Made by a program: the position numbers and the translations under genes
Shown: positions 48,613 to 58,424 of the stretch, piece after piece
Position numbering within the stretch: the first letter of the stretch is position 1
Layout of the letters: each line of letters begins with the position of its first letter
NCBI GenBank assembly: GCA_037189525.1
Contig: JBBCJC010000002.1
Span: 352,001-416,000 of the forward strand
Direction: 5' to 3'
From: Gemmatimonadales bacterium
GTDB lineage: Bacteria; Gemmatimonadota; Gemmatimonadetes; Gemmatimonadales; GWC2-71-9
Length of the DNA stretch: 64,000 nucleotides
Notes under the pieces: generated by a model
The model's database searches: none
Seen by the model: the letters and a program-made list of their open reading frames with translations, nothing else
Told to the model about the DNA's origin: nothing

Positions 48613-51255
48613 TTAGGAGGCCTCCGAACCGAGTTGTCGCTTGAGTTCGGCGAGCCGGTTGAGCGCTTCGAGCGGGGTCAAGGCATCGAGATCGAGGGTT
48701 TCGATGGCGCGCCGAATCGGATCGGTCGGGGCGGGCGCTGCGGACTTTGCGGCGCTCCGCTTGCGCTTGGTCCCGGCTTCCCCAAACAAGCCAAGCTGGC
48801 CTTCATCGATCCGCGCCGCCTCGCCGGGGACCATCCGGTGCTCGCTTTCCAGCGTGAGCAGCACCTCGCCGGCTCGGGCGACGACGGCGTCGGGAAGCCC
48901 CGCAAGCTGCGCAACGTGGATCCCGTAGGAGCGATCGGTGCCGCCGGCTTCGAGCCGGTGCAGGAAGACCACGGTGTCGCCCGTTTCCTTGACGGCCACG
49001 TTCATGTTGCGGGCGTGGGCCAGGCGTTCGGGGAGCTGCATCAGTTCGTGATAATGAGTCGCGAACATGGTTTTGCAGCCGACCCGGTCGTGCAGATGCT
49101 CCGTCACCGCCCACGCGATGGCCACGCCGTCGTAGGTCGAAGTGCCGCGGCCGATCTCGTCCAGCAACACCAGGCTCTGGGCGGTGGCGCTGTGCAGGAT
49201 GGCGCTGGTTTCGCTCATCTCGACCATGAAGGTCGACTGGCCGCGGGCCAGATTGTCGCTGGCCCCGACTCGGGTGAACAGCCGGTCGATGGTCCCGATG
49301 CTTGCTGCGGTGGCCGGCACGAAGGAGCCGAGCTGGGCCATCACGACGACCAGGCCGATCTGGCGCAGGATGGTCGACTTACCCGCCATGTTGGGACCGG
49401 TCACCAGTTGGACCCGGCTGGCGGCATCGAGATGGACATCGTTCGGAATGAAGGATTCCCGCGGCATCAGACGTTCGATGACCGGATGCCGGCTGGCGGT
49501 CAGGGTCAGATCGAACCCCTCGTCGACCACCGGACGCACATAACGATACTGGACCGCCAACTCGGCCAACCCGGTCCAGACGTCGAGATGCGCGAGGACT
49601 CCGGCGGTGCGCTGGATCCGCGCAATGGCGGCCCCCACCTGGCTGCGCAGCGCGCCGAACAACTCGGCCTCGCGCGCGACCATTCGCTCTTCCGCGCCGA
49701 GCACCTTGGCTTCGTACTCTTTGAGTTCCGGGGTGACGTAACGCTCCGCGGTGGCCAGGGTCTGGCGGCGTTCGTAGTCCGGCGGAATCCGGGCCGAGTG
49801 GGTCCGGGTGACCTCGATGAAGTAGCCGAAGACTTTGTTGTAGCCGATTTTGAGCGACCCGATGCCGGTCCGGTCCCGCTCCCGCTGCTGAATCGAGGCG
49901 ATGTACTGCTTGCCGCCGTCGCGCAGCTCACGCGACTCGTCCAGCTCGGCGTCGAACCCGGCGCGGATCACGCCGCCATCGGCCGGGTTGACCGGCGGGC
50001 GGTCTTCCAGGGCCGCCTCGAGTTCGGTGGTCAGATCTTCGAGCAGGTCGAGATCGCCGGTTAGCGTGGTGTACGGGTGCGCTGCGGGGCTGCCGGGTGG
50101 GATCAGCTGGGCCAGCGCCGCCGCAATGCGTGGCAAGCGCCTGAACGAATCACGCAGGGCGCCGAGTTCGCGGGGGTTGGCGCGTCCCGCGGCGGCGCGA
50201 CCGGCCAGGCGTTCCAGGTCGCGGACCCCGTCGAGCGCTTCCCGGGCCTCGGCGCGGGCGTTCGGCAGCCGCACGCCGCTTTCCACCGCATCGAGCCGGC
50301 GGTTGATCTCGGCGCTGTCTCGAAGGGGCGAGAGAATCCACTGGCGCAGCAACCGGGCCCCCATCGGAGTCATCGTCGCGTCGAGCGTTTCGAGCAACGT
50401 GACGCCTTTGGTGCCGGCCCGGAGCGGTTCGACCAGTTCCAGATTGCGGCGGGTCATCTCGTCGAGCCAGAGGTAGCGATCGGAGCGCCGGATGATGGGG
50501 CGTCGCAGATGGGCAAAGCCGCCGGGCTGGAGCTCGCCCAGATAGCGCAGCAGCGCGCCCGAGGCGCCGACAGCCGGGCCGTCGTCCGCCTCGATGCCGA
50601 GACCATCGAGCGAGGCCAGGCCGAAGCGCCGAGTCAGCTCCTCGCTCGCAAGCTCCGCATCGAACTCCCAGGCGTCGCGGAGCGTCTGCATCACATCGGT
50701 CGCGCCGAGCGCCTCGGCGACCGTGACGACTTCGGCGGGGGCCAGGCGGCCCAGGGCCTCGTCGATGCGGGCTCGGGGAATCGTCTCGAGCAGGAACTCG
50801 CCGGTCGAGAGGTCGATCGCGGCCAGGCCCGCGGGGCCATCGGGCCGATGCCGATCGCCGGGGTGGAGGGCGACCAGGAAGTTGTTACGCCCGCCGGGAA
50901 GCCAGTCCTCTTCGAGCAGCGCACCTGGCGTGACCGTCTCGACCACTTCACGACGGACGATGCCCTTGGCCTTCTTGGGATCCTCGACCTGCTCGCAGAT
51001 GGCCACCCGATGTCCGGCGGCCACCAGCTGCCGGAGATAGTCGGCGGCGGCTTTGACCGGCACCCCGGCGAGCGGGACGCCGTCGCCGCGGGCGGTCAGC
51101 GTGATGTTGAGGAGACGCGCCGCAAGCTCGGCATCGTCGAAGAACATTTCGTAGAAGTCGCCCATCCGGAAAAAGAGAATCTTGTCGCGGTGGCGCGACT
51201 TGATCTCCTGGTACTGCCGGAGGAGCGGGGTCCCATCGGTCAGCGACGCGGTCAC
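48613..51255 (-). CDS. mutS: DNA mismatch repair protein MutS
   Basis: FFRMGDFYEMF, TGPNMAGKST, STFMVEM, DEIGRGTST, ATHYHEL, SYGIHVA. Confidence 0.97.
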   Translation of the reverse strand: MTASLTDGTPLLRQYQEIKSRHRDKILFFRMGDFYEMFFDDAELAARLLNITLTARGDGVPLAGVPVKAAADYLRQLVAAGHRVAICEQVEDPKKAKGIVRREVVETVTPGALLEEDWLPGGRNNFLVALHPGDRHRPDGPAGLAAIDLSTGEFLLETIPRARIDEALGRLAPAEVVTVAEALGATDVMQTLRDAWEFDAELASEELTRRFGLASLDGLGIEADDGPAVGASGALLRYLGELQPGGFAHLRRPIIRRSDRYLWLDEMTRRNLELVEPLRAGTKGVTLLETLDATMTPMGARLLRQWILSPLRDSAEINRRLDAVESGVRLPNARAEAREALDGVRDLERLAGRAAAGRANPRELGALRDSFRRLPRIAAALAQLIPPGSPAAHPYTTLTGDLDLLEDLTTELEAALEDRPPVNPADGGVIRAGFDAELDESRELRDGGKQYIASIQQRERDRTGIGSLKIGYNKVFGYFIEVTRTHSARIPPDYERRQTLATAERYVTPELKEYEAKVLGAEERMVAREAELFGALRSQVGAAIARIQRTAGVLAHLDVWTGLAELAVQYRYVRPVVDEGFDLTLTASRHPVIERLMPRESFIPNDVHLDAASRVQLVTGPNMAGKSTILRQIGLVVVMAQLGSFVPATAASIGTIDRLFTRVGASDNLARGQSTFMVEMSETSAILHSATAQSLVLLDEIGRGTSTYDGVAIAWAVTEHLHDRVGCKTMFATHYHELMQLPERLAHARNMNVAVKETGDTVVFLHRLEAGGTDRSYGIHVAQLAGLPDAVVARAGEVLLTLESEHRMVPGEAARIDEGQLGLFGEAGTKRKRSAAKSAAPAPTDPIRRAIETLDLDALTPLEALNRLAELKRQLGSEAS

Positions 51256-52139
51256 TGGTCCGCAACGATGAAGGGCTGCCCGCCGAGCTGAGAGCGGATC
51301 TTCGCCAGAGCCTGATTGGCCAGGGCGCGGGTGGCGAACGGTCCGGCTCGCACTTTGAAGAAGCCCCCTTCGCGTACCACGGTTGCTTCGTAGCCGATGC
51401 CTTTGAGCCGGGTGACCTGGCGATTGGCTGCCGTCTGATCCGGCGCGGCAATGACCTGGACCCGGAAACCGCCGCGAGCCGGTGCCGCCGCGGGAGCGGG
51501 TGCGGGAGGCGGTGCCGGCGTGGCTCGATTGGCGGCGGTCGACTCGGCCGGCGCCGCGGGATCGACGCCCTGGGCCTGGATCGATCCGCAGCGCTGTTTC
51601 TGGAACTCGAGCTGGTTGCGGAGTTCGATGTCATCGGGTCGCGCGGCCAGGCCTGCGTCGGCCAGGCGGCAGGCTTCGACGCCGTTGCGCAGATCGCCGG
51701 CGGCACGGGCACCCCAGAACGCTCCGACCGCGCGGAGCGGGCTCGACGGATAGTCGGCCAGCAGGCGGGTGATTTGGGAGACCGACGCGCCCGGGTTGCC
51801 GCTGGCGTATTCGACCTGGGCCAGCAACAGGAGGGCGTCGTCGGCCCATTCGGAGGTCGAGTACTCCACGATGACGCGGCGCAGCGCAATCCGCCGGTCG
51901 AACTCGGTGGCGGCGACGAGGCCGGACGTATAGAGCGCTTCCGCATAGAGGTTGTCGCCCGGATCGGTCCGATCGAGCAGCGCCCGCACTGCGGCACGCG
52001 CGGAATCGGCGTGTCCGTCCTGGGCCAGCTGGACGGCGGATACCAGCTGCGGATTGGTCTGAGCGTTCGCGGCAATCGGCATCACGATTGCGAACATCAA
52101 TGCGAGAATGCCGAGCGGCATCAGGCGGCGCGTTGCCAT
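51252..52139 (-). CDS. Secreted TPR plus SPOR domain protein
   Basis: Signal peptide, TPR helices (YPSSP), Pro/Ala linker, GFRVQV…KVRAGPF SPOR domain. Confidence 0.85.
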   Translation of the reverse strand: MATRRLMPLGILALMFAIVMPIAANAQTNPQLVSAVQLAQDGHADSARAAVRALLDRTDPGDNLYAEALYTSGLVAATEFDRRIALRRVIVEYSTSEWADDALLLLAQVEYASGNPGASVSQITRLLADYPSSPLRAVGAFWGARAAGDLRNGVEACRLADAGLAARPDDIELRNQLEFQKQRCGSIQAQGVDPAAPAESTAANRATPAPPPAPAPAAAPARGGFRVQVIAAPDQTAANRQVTRLKGIGYEATVVREGGFFKVRAGPFATRALANQALAKIRSQLGGQPFIVADQ

Positions 52140-53173
52140 GGCACGGACATCTCCATCACGAGGTCGAACAGAATGGCGCCTTCGTCGGACACGGCGGTGT
52201 TCTTGAGCCGTTCGTCGGCCCGGCGGAGCGCAGCTAGCGCACGCTCGATCCGCTGGCGGCTCCAATCGGGTGCGAGCCGGCTCCACTGCGCCGACGCCGC
52301 GTCATAGGAAACCCGGGCCGGGCGGGCGCGAAAGAGCGACCCTTTGACGGCCTGGACCAGCGTGGACGAGCGCGCCCCGCGATCGTAGTGCGCGCGCGCG
52401 AGTCCCACGCCGACTACGCTGGTGCCCAGCAGGCTCACGAGGGAAACCCCCGACACCCCCGACTGCGCCAGCAGGTGCGGAATCATGGCGGCGGCCGCGC
52501 CGGCTTCGCTGCGCAGCACGGCGTCGCGCCAGTCGTACTGGGTTTCACCGTGCCGCACGCCCAGAAAATCCGAGACCCGCTCGACCGTCAGCGGACCGGC
52601 GTTACTGAGTCCGGCGAGTTTGTCCAGCTCGCTCCGCAGCGCTGCCAGGCTGGCGTCGGTGACGCGCACCATGTGGAGCGCGGCGTCATCGTCGATGCTG
52701 AGGCCGAGGCGTTCGGCCTGCAGCAACAACCATTTCTTGGCGCGTTCGGGCGGGAGCGGGTCGGCCGACACCGTCGTGGTCCGCTTGGCCAGCTCCGCAT
52801 CGGCGTCCGGGTCGGCCGAGCCCTGGACCAGGACCAGCACCGTTTCGGCGGCCGGGCGTTCCAGGTACTTGAGCACGGCCGTCTTGGCTTTGGCGCGTTT
52901 GGCCCAGCTTTCGACGTCGCGGATGATCACCACCCGCCGGTCGGACATCATCGGCAGGGTGTTGCAGAGCGTTTCGGCGTCTTCGGGGTCGAGGGTCGCG
53001 GCCGACCGCTGATCGAAATTGAAGTCCTTGAGCGACGGATCGAGGGCGCGGGACACCAGTTCCCCGATGGCCTCTTCCTTGAGCACGTCTTCGGTGCCGT
53101 GGAGGTAGAGGGCCGTCGGGAACTCTCCCTTTCGGAGTGCCTTGAAGAGTTGATCGAACCCCTGGGTTGCCAT
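52121..53173 (-). CDS. holA: DNA polymerase III delta subunit
   Basis: LYLHGTED, DFNFD, TLPMMSDRRVV, SELDKLA. Confidence 0.85.
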   Translation of the reverse strand: MATQGFDQLFKALRKGEFPTALYLHGTEDVLKEEAIGELVSRALDPSLKDFNFDQRSAATLDPEDAETLCNTLPMMSDRRVVIIRDVESWAKRAKAKTAVLKYLERPAAETVLVLVQGSADPDADAELAKRTTTVSADPLPPERAKKWLLLQAERLGLSIDDDAALHMVRVTDASLAALRSELDKLAGLSNAGPLTVERVSDFLGVRHGETQYDWRDAVLRSEAGAAAAMIPHLLAQSGVSGVSLVSLLGTSVVGVGLARAHYDRGARSSTLVQAVKGSLFRARPARVSYDAASAQWSRLAPDWSRQRIERALAALRRADERLKNTAVSDEGAILFDLVMEMSVPWQRAA

Positions 53174-53259
53174 GAACCGTTTCCCGCGCGTGCGTGCCCG
53201 ACAGATCGACGCCGCAATCTAAGCCCGATCCGAGCGCGGGACGAGGCGACCCGCGCGGC

Positions 53260-53796
53260 TCAGACGCGCAGGAAGCTCTGCACGAACATCAAGGCGGTCA
53301 ACGACTTGGCATCGCAGATCTCGCGGCGGCGAATCATCTGGCCGATCGCGGACCAGCGGAACTCGTGCACCGTGATGAACTCGTCGGCTTCGGGGGCCGC
53401 CTGGGCCGGGACGAGGTCGGTGGCCAGGTAGAGATGGATCGACTCATCGGTAAAACCGGGAGCGGTGAAAATCGCGGTGAGATGGGTCAGGGTACCGGCC
53501 TGATAACCGGCCTCCTCGATCAGTTCGCGATGGGCGCAGGCCTCGGGTTGCTCGCCGGGGGACAGGGTGCCGGCCGGGATCTCCCAGATGTAGCCGTCCG
53601 TCGCGTGGCGGAACTGCCGGATCAGGAGAATCCTCGGATCTGGATCGCTGACCGGGTCCAGCATTGGGATGACGGCTGCGGCACCCGGGTGCCGGATCAT
53701 GTCGAGGGTTCCCCTGGTCCCGTTTGGAAACTCGACCTGGTCGACATCGACGGCAATGACTCGTCCGGTATGGACGCGGGAGGACTTGATCAGCAT
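53260..53796 (-). CDS. NUDIX hydrolase (ADP-ribose pyrophosphatase-like)
   Basis: RQFRH, EIPAG…E…CAHRELIEEAG Nudix box, PGFTDE, DAKS. Confidence 0.92.
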   Translation of the reverse strand: MLIKSSRVHTGRVIAVDVDQVEFPNGTRGTLDMIRHPGAAAVIPMLDPVSDPDPRILLIRQFRHATDGYIWEIPAGTLSPGEQPEACAHRELIEEAGYQAGTLTHLTAIFTAPGFTDESIHLYLATDLVPAQAAPEADEFITVHEFRWSAIGQMIRRREICDAKSLTALMFVQSFLRV

Positions 53797-53821
53797 AGGC
53801 GTAGTACTTGATACTACTCTG

Positions 53822-54424
53822 TTAGAGGATGGTACGAAGCCAGATATACGGAATTTTGAGCGTTTCGAGCAGGAGGTAGCGAATCTCTCCGGCGCTGCCC
53901 GGGATGATCGGGCTCCGGGTGACCGGGGAGGTATAGGCGGTCAGCCCGACCCGATAGGCCTCCAGCCGCAGCCGGCCCAGGTGAAACCCATCGCTCACCA
54001 GGAGGACCGAACTGATCCCGGCCTGGTCGGCCCAATCGCCGAGGGCCCGGATCGATGCTTCGGTCGACTGCCCCTGAGGCAGTTCGACGATGGCCGATTC
54101 CGGAATGCCGGCCGCCATCAGCGAGCGGCGCTGCACCCGCGCTTCGCTCTCGCTGTCGCCGGGGTGGGTTCCTCCGGTAACGACGATCGACGGCGCCAGG
54201 CCTTCGCCGAAGAGCATGTGGGCGTGGTCGATCCGCGCCTGCAGCACCGGCGACGGGCGCCCGTTGTAGTGGGCCGCGCCCAGCACGACGATGGCGCCGG
54301 CTGCGCGGCGCTGGTCGACTCGGCTGGCGCGCCAGACCCATGTGAAGATGCCCAGGTAGCAGACGCCGGCGACCAGGATTGCGCGCCAGACCCAGCGGAG
54401 TGGCGACCGGCGGCGACGGCTCAC
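53822..54424 (-). CDS. YdcF/SanA (DUF218) family protein
   Basis: AIVVLGA, RIDHA, VTGG, SEA, LVSDGFH..R. Confidence 0.88.
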   Translation of the reverse strand: MSRRRRSPLRWVWRAILVAGVCYLGIFTWVWRASRVDQRRAAGAIVVLGAAHYNGRPSPVLQARIDHAHMLFGEGLAPSIVVTGGTHPGDSESEARVQRRSLMAAGIPESAIVELPQGQSTEASIRALGDWADQAGISSVLLVSDGFHLGRLRLEAYRVGLTAYTSPVTRSPIIPGSAGEIRYLLLETLKIPYIWLRTIL

Positions 54425-55815
54425 AGCACGAACGACTCGCCCAGGCGGGGGATGGTGACCTCACCGACGCCGTTCTCGAGCAGCAAGGTGCGCATGGCCT
54501 CCGCGGCGTCCGGCTCGCCGTGGACCACGAAGGCGCGTTTGACCGGACCACCCAGGGCCTTGACCCAATCGCGCAGTTCGTTGCGATCGGCGTGGGCGGA
54601 GTAACCTCCGATGGTCTCGACTTCGGCGCGTCGGGCCACGGTTTCGCCGAAGATTTTGACCTCGGTCGCCCCGTCCTGAAGCCGCCGGCCCAGCGTGTGC
54701 TCGGCCTGAAAGCCGATGAACAGCACCAGGTTGCGGTGGTCGCCGAGGTGGTTGCCCAGGTGATGGAGAATCCGTCCAGCCTCCGCCATGCCGGACGCCG
54801 AGATGATGATGGCGGGGCCGGTGAGGCTGTTGAGCCGCTTCGAGTCGTTCACGTCGCGGATGTACTGGAGCAGCGGGAAATCGAAAATGCTGTCCATCCG
54901 CTCGATCAGCTTTTCCCGCCGATCGAATACCTCGGGGTGCATCCGAAATACCGTCGTGGCGTCGACGGCCAGCGGACTGTCGACGAAGACGGGTATGCTC
55001 GGAATGGCGCCCGCGCGATAGAGCTGATGGATCGAGTAGACGACTTCCTGGGTGCGGCCGACGGCAAAGGCCGGAATCAGGATCTTGCCGCCGCGGGCCG
55101 CTACGCGCCGGATGGTCTCGCCCAGATGCTGCTCCGCCTGGTCCGTAGACTCGTGATCGCGGTTGGCGTAGGTCGACTCGATGATCAGCGTATCGACCGG
55201 GCCGACCGGCGGATCGGGATCCCGGATGATGGGTAGGTTTTTGCGGCCGATGTCACCCGAAAAGACGATCCGGTGCCCGCCCTCTTCGGTGACGCGGATG
55301 TTGACGGACGCGGAGCCCAGGATGTGTCCGGCGTCCGTGAACTCGAAGGCGAGGTGTTTCCGGAGATGGTTGACCCGCCGATAGGGCTGGCCGACGATCA
55401 GATCCTGCACGGCAACCGCATCGGCCAGATTGTAGAGCGGCTGGCTCTCGGCGCCGAGCGTCTTGCCGTGGCGCGCCAGGTACTCGGCATCCTTCATCTG
55501 GATATGGGCCGAGTCGGGCAGCATGATGGCGCAGAGATCCCGCGAGGCGGGGGTGGTGTAGATCGGGCCGTGAAAGCCGTGGCGAACCAGGAGCGGCAGG
55601 CGGCCGGCATGATCGATGTGGGCGTGGCTCAGGATGATGGCGTCGATCCGTCGCGGATCGAACGGCAGCTCCGCATTTTTCTTGGCGGCTTCGGCGCGGC
55701 GTCCCTGGAACAGCCCCGCATCGAGGAGAAAACGGCCGCCGGCCGCTTCGAGAAGGTGCATCGAGCCGGTCACCTCACCGGCGGCGCCCCAGAACGTCAG
55801 GCGAATCCCACTCAC
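54421..55815 (-). CDS. MBL-fold beta-CASP ribonuclease
   Basis: GAAGEVTGS, SHAHIDHAG, AGHILGSA, ESTY, YSAHAD, VHGE. Confidence 0.93.
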   Translation of the reverse strand: MSGIRLTFWGAAGEVTGSMHLLEAAGGRFLLDAGLFQGRRAEAAKKNAELPFDPRRIDAIILSHAHIDHAGRLPLLVRHGFHGPIYTTPASRDLCAIMLPDSAHIQMKDAEYLARHGKTLGAESQPLYNLADAVAVQDLIVGQPYRRVNHLRKHLAFEFTDAGHILGSASVNIRVTEEGGHRIVFSGDIGRKNLPIIRDPDPPVGPVDTLIIESTYANRDHESTDQAEQHLGETIRRVAARGGKILIPAFAVGRTQEVVYSIHQLYRAGAIPSIPVFVDSPLAVDATTVFRMHPEVFDRREKLIERMDSIFDFPLLQYIRDVNDSKRLNSLTGPAIIISASGMAEAGRILHHLGNHLGDHRNLVLFIGFQAEHTLGRRLQDGATEVKIFGETVARRAEVETIGGYSAHADRNELRDWVKALGGPVKRAFVVHGEPDAAEAMRTLLLENGVGEVTIPRLGESFVL

Positions 55816-55857
55816 TCGCTACCTCGCGTCGTCAGAAAAAATCACGTCATGACCCGA

Positions 55858-56499
55858 TCAACGGGTCCCGAACAACCGATCGCCGACATCACCCAGCCCA
55901 GGCAGGATGTACGCCATCTGGTTGAGCTTGCGATCGAGCGCTGCCGTATACACCGCGACATCCGGATGCGCAGCGCCGAGTGCCTGCACGCCTTCGGGAG
56001 CGGCCACCAGGCAGAGTAATCGGATTCGGGTGGCGCCGCTTCGTTTGAGTTGCGTGACGGCCGCAATCGCCGACCCGCCGGTGGCCAGCATCGGGTCGAG
56101 GACATAGATATCGCGCGTCTCGTCCGCGGGCCCCTTGAAATAGTAGCTCACCGGCTCGAGCGTATCGTGATCCCGATAGAGTCCGATGTGCCCAACCCGG
56201 GCCGACGGGATCAGCTGCAAGATTCCGTCCACCATCCCGAGCCCCGCGCGGAGAATGGGCACCAGCATGAGCTTCTTGCCGGCCACGCGGGTTCCGGTCA
56301 TCGACTCCAGGGGCGTGGTGACCTCGACGGGCTCGGTGGGTAAATCGCGGGTGACCTCATAGGTCATCAGCATCGCGATCTCCCCCAGGAGCTGCCGAAA
56401 GTTCTTGGTCGCGGTGGATCGGTCCCGCATGATCGTCAGTTTATGCCGGATCAGGGGGTGGTCCAGGACGGTCAGATTGGGATGGTCGGGATGGGGCAT
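55858..56499 (-). CDS. upp: Uracil phosphoribosyltransferase
   Basis: [33 protein letters not shown]. Confidence 0.96.
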   Translation of the reverse strand: MPHPDHPNLTVLDHPLIRHKLTIMRDRSTATKNFRQLLGEIAMLMTYEVTRDLPTEPVEVTTPLESMTGTRVAGKKLMLVPILRAGLGMVDGILQLIPSARVGHIGLYRDHDTLEPVSYYFKGPADETRDIYVLDPMLATGGSAIAAVTQLKRSGATRIRLLCLVAAPEGVQALGAAHPDVAVYTAALDRKLNQMAYILPGLGDVGDRLFGTR

Positions 56500-56658
56500 T
56501 CGGGGAATATACCGGTGCTTTCTGGCGATGGTGTGACGCGCCCCGGAGCCCGGCCCGGCCGGCGTGGCGCAAATCTGGCGGGGTGGCGCGTCGTAGTGTT
56601 TGGATCCAACTTCGAAGATTCAGTCCTGTCCATGCCCAGGCCAAAGGAGGCTCAGATC

Positions 56659-57672
56659 ATGGTTCCTCGTCTCGTCGCCGTCCTGCTGATCGGGGCGGTG
56701 CTGCCGGTGGCGGCGCAGCCCAATCCCTTCAAGATTCCCGCGAACCGCGTCACCGCCACGATTGCGTATCAGCTGGGGGGCGATCAGACCGGCACCGCCC
56801 AGGTCGCGATCGACGGCGCCCGGTTCATGAGCCGATCCGAGGCTACCATGAAGATGATGGGCCGGTCGGACAAGTCGACGACGTGGTCGCTGATGACGGC
56901 CGATTCGCTGTACACCGCCGACCTCCAAAAGCAGGAAGGCTATGTCGGTCCGAATCTGCTGCCGTACTACGCCAAAGCGTACGATGCGCTCGACGGGGCG
57001 GGCAAGCGGCGCTTCCACGACAACGTCGGGGAAATGGGCGCCATGATGTCGAAAGTGTTCGACATGAAAACGTTCGGCTCCGTGGGTGAGAAGCGCGGCG
57101 AGCAGACCATTGCCGGCGAGGTGTGCGAGAACCACGAGTTCGGTGGCTTCGTGATCTGTTCGATGAAGAAGGCGCCGCAGATCGCGCTGCACACCAAGGG
57201 GAGCGTGGTCTGTTTCGAGATGGAGCAAACGGCGACGTCGGTCTCGCTGGCAGCACCGGCGGGGGATGCCTTTGCCGTGCCGGCCGGGATTCGCTTCAAA
57301 CCGATGCCGGGAACGGAGAACCCGGATTCCGCGGCCCGCGGCCTGGTGGGATATCTGGCGAGCGAACAACTGGCCGATTCGATTCAGGCGGCCAAGGCCG
57401 AGCTGGAAAAGGCAAAGACGGATGCCGCGGCCAAGGGGCAGCCGACGGAAATGACACCCGAGCAGCAGGCGCAGATGAAGCAGGCCTGTGAGTTCATCAA
57501 GAATGTCGACGTGGGTCAGGTCATGGCCAACGCCTTGAGCTCGTTCGCGGATGAACTCAAGCAGGAGGCGGTCAATGCGGCCAAGGACGCGGCCAACAGC
57601 GCCGCGAGCGATGCCAAGGCAGATGCCAAACGCCGGGTGCGGGGGTTGATCCGACGCCCGCGGATACCCTGA
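56659..57672 (+). CDS. Secreted hypothetical protein with a helical C-terminus
   Basis: AAGGAGG RBS, signal peptide, TIAGEVC and FAVPAG motifs resembling DUF4412-type proteins. Confidence 0.75.
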   Translation: MVPRLVAVLLIGAVLPVAAQPNPFKIPANRVTATIAYQLGGDQTGTAQVAIDGARFMSRSEATMKMMGRSDKSTTWSLMTADSLYTADLQKQEGYVGPNLLPYYAKAYDALDGAGKRRFHDNVGEMGAMMSKVFDMKTFGSVGEKRGEQTIAGEVCENHEFGGFVICSMKKAPQIALHTKGSVVCFEMEQTATSVSLAAPAGDAFAVPAGIRFKPMPGTENPDSAARGLVGYLASEQLADSIQAAKAELEKAKTDAAAKGQPTEMTPEQQAQMKQACEFIKNVDVGQVMANALSSFADELKQEAVNAAKDAANSAASDAKADAKRRVRGLIRRPRIP

Positions 57673-57680
57673 GCGGGTCG

Positions 57681-58418
57681 ATGACCGGGCGGCACCTCTG
57701 GATCGTGGCGCTGCTGGCGCTCGGTGCGGACGATGCCGCCGCCCAGTGGCGTTCGCGGTGGCGTGTCGAGCCCGAGCCGAACATCGGTTACGACGGTCGT
57801 TACACTTTCGTGCGGCTCCGCTACGGGCCCAACGGCCCGCCGGGCTGGTCCTTCGACTACCCGGCCATGGAACGCAACTTCATGACCATCCTGGCCGACC
57901 TCACCACGGCCAATCCGCATCTGCGGCGCAGCAATGTGCTCGACATGGACGACCCCGAGCTGTTCAAGTACTCGGTGGCCTACCTTTCGGAACCCGGATA
58001 TTGGGTGCCGACCGATTCCGAAGCCGCCGGCCTCCGCGAGTGGCTGGGCAAGGGCGGATTTCTCATCGTCGATGATTTTCTGCTGGGGCAGTGGGCCAAC
58101 TTCGAGCGCTCGATGCGGCGGGTGCTCCCGTTTGCGCAGCTGGTGCCGCTCGAGGTCTCGCATCCGATCTTCAACGCCTTCTTCCGGATCGAGACGCTGG
58201 ACGGGATGACCCACCCGTCCAGCCGGTCTGCCAAGGCGCAGTATCTCGGCATTTACGAGAACAACGATCCGTCCCGCCGGCTGCTCGCGATCATCAATTA
58301 CAACAACGACATCGGCGACTATATGGAGTGGTCGGGCGAGGGATGGTACCCGGTCAACCTGTCCAACGACGCCTACAAGCTGGCCACCAACTACATCGTC
58401 TACGCGCTGACCCACTGA
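57681..58418 (+). CDS. DUF4159 domain-containing secreted protein
   Basis: FVRLRY, WSFDYP, LREWLGKGGFLIVDDF, HPIF, NDIGDY.E, NYIVYALTH. Confidence 0.85.
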   Translation: MTGRHLWIVALLALGADDAAAQWRSRWRVEPEPNIGYDGRYTFVRLRYGPNGPPGWSFDYPAMERNFMTILADLTTANPHLRRSNVLDMDDPELFKYSVAYLSEPGYWVPTDSEAAGLREWLGKGGFLIVDDFLLGQWANFERSMRRVLPFAQLVPLEVSHPIFNAFFRIETLDGMTHPSSRSAKAQYLGIYENNDPSRRLLAIINYNNDIGDYMEWSGEGWYPVNLSNDAYKLATNYIVYALTH

Positions 58419-58424
58419 CGGGGT

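Noticed and set aside
53801..53817. Short palindrome GTAGTA-N5-TACTAC before the NUDIX gene, and the TAAGGTA tandem before the rhomboid gene
   Set aside because: Too short and unrepeated to support an operator call by eye.
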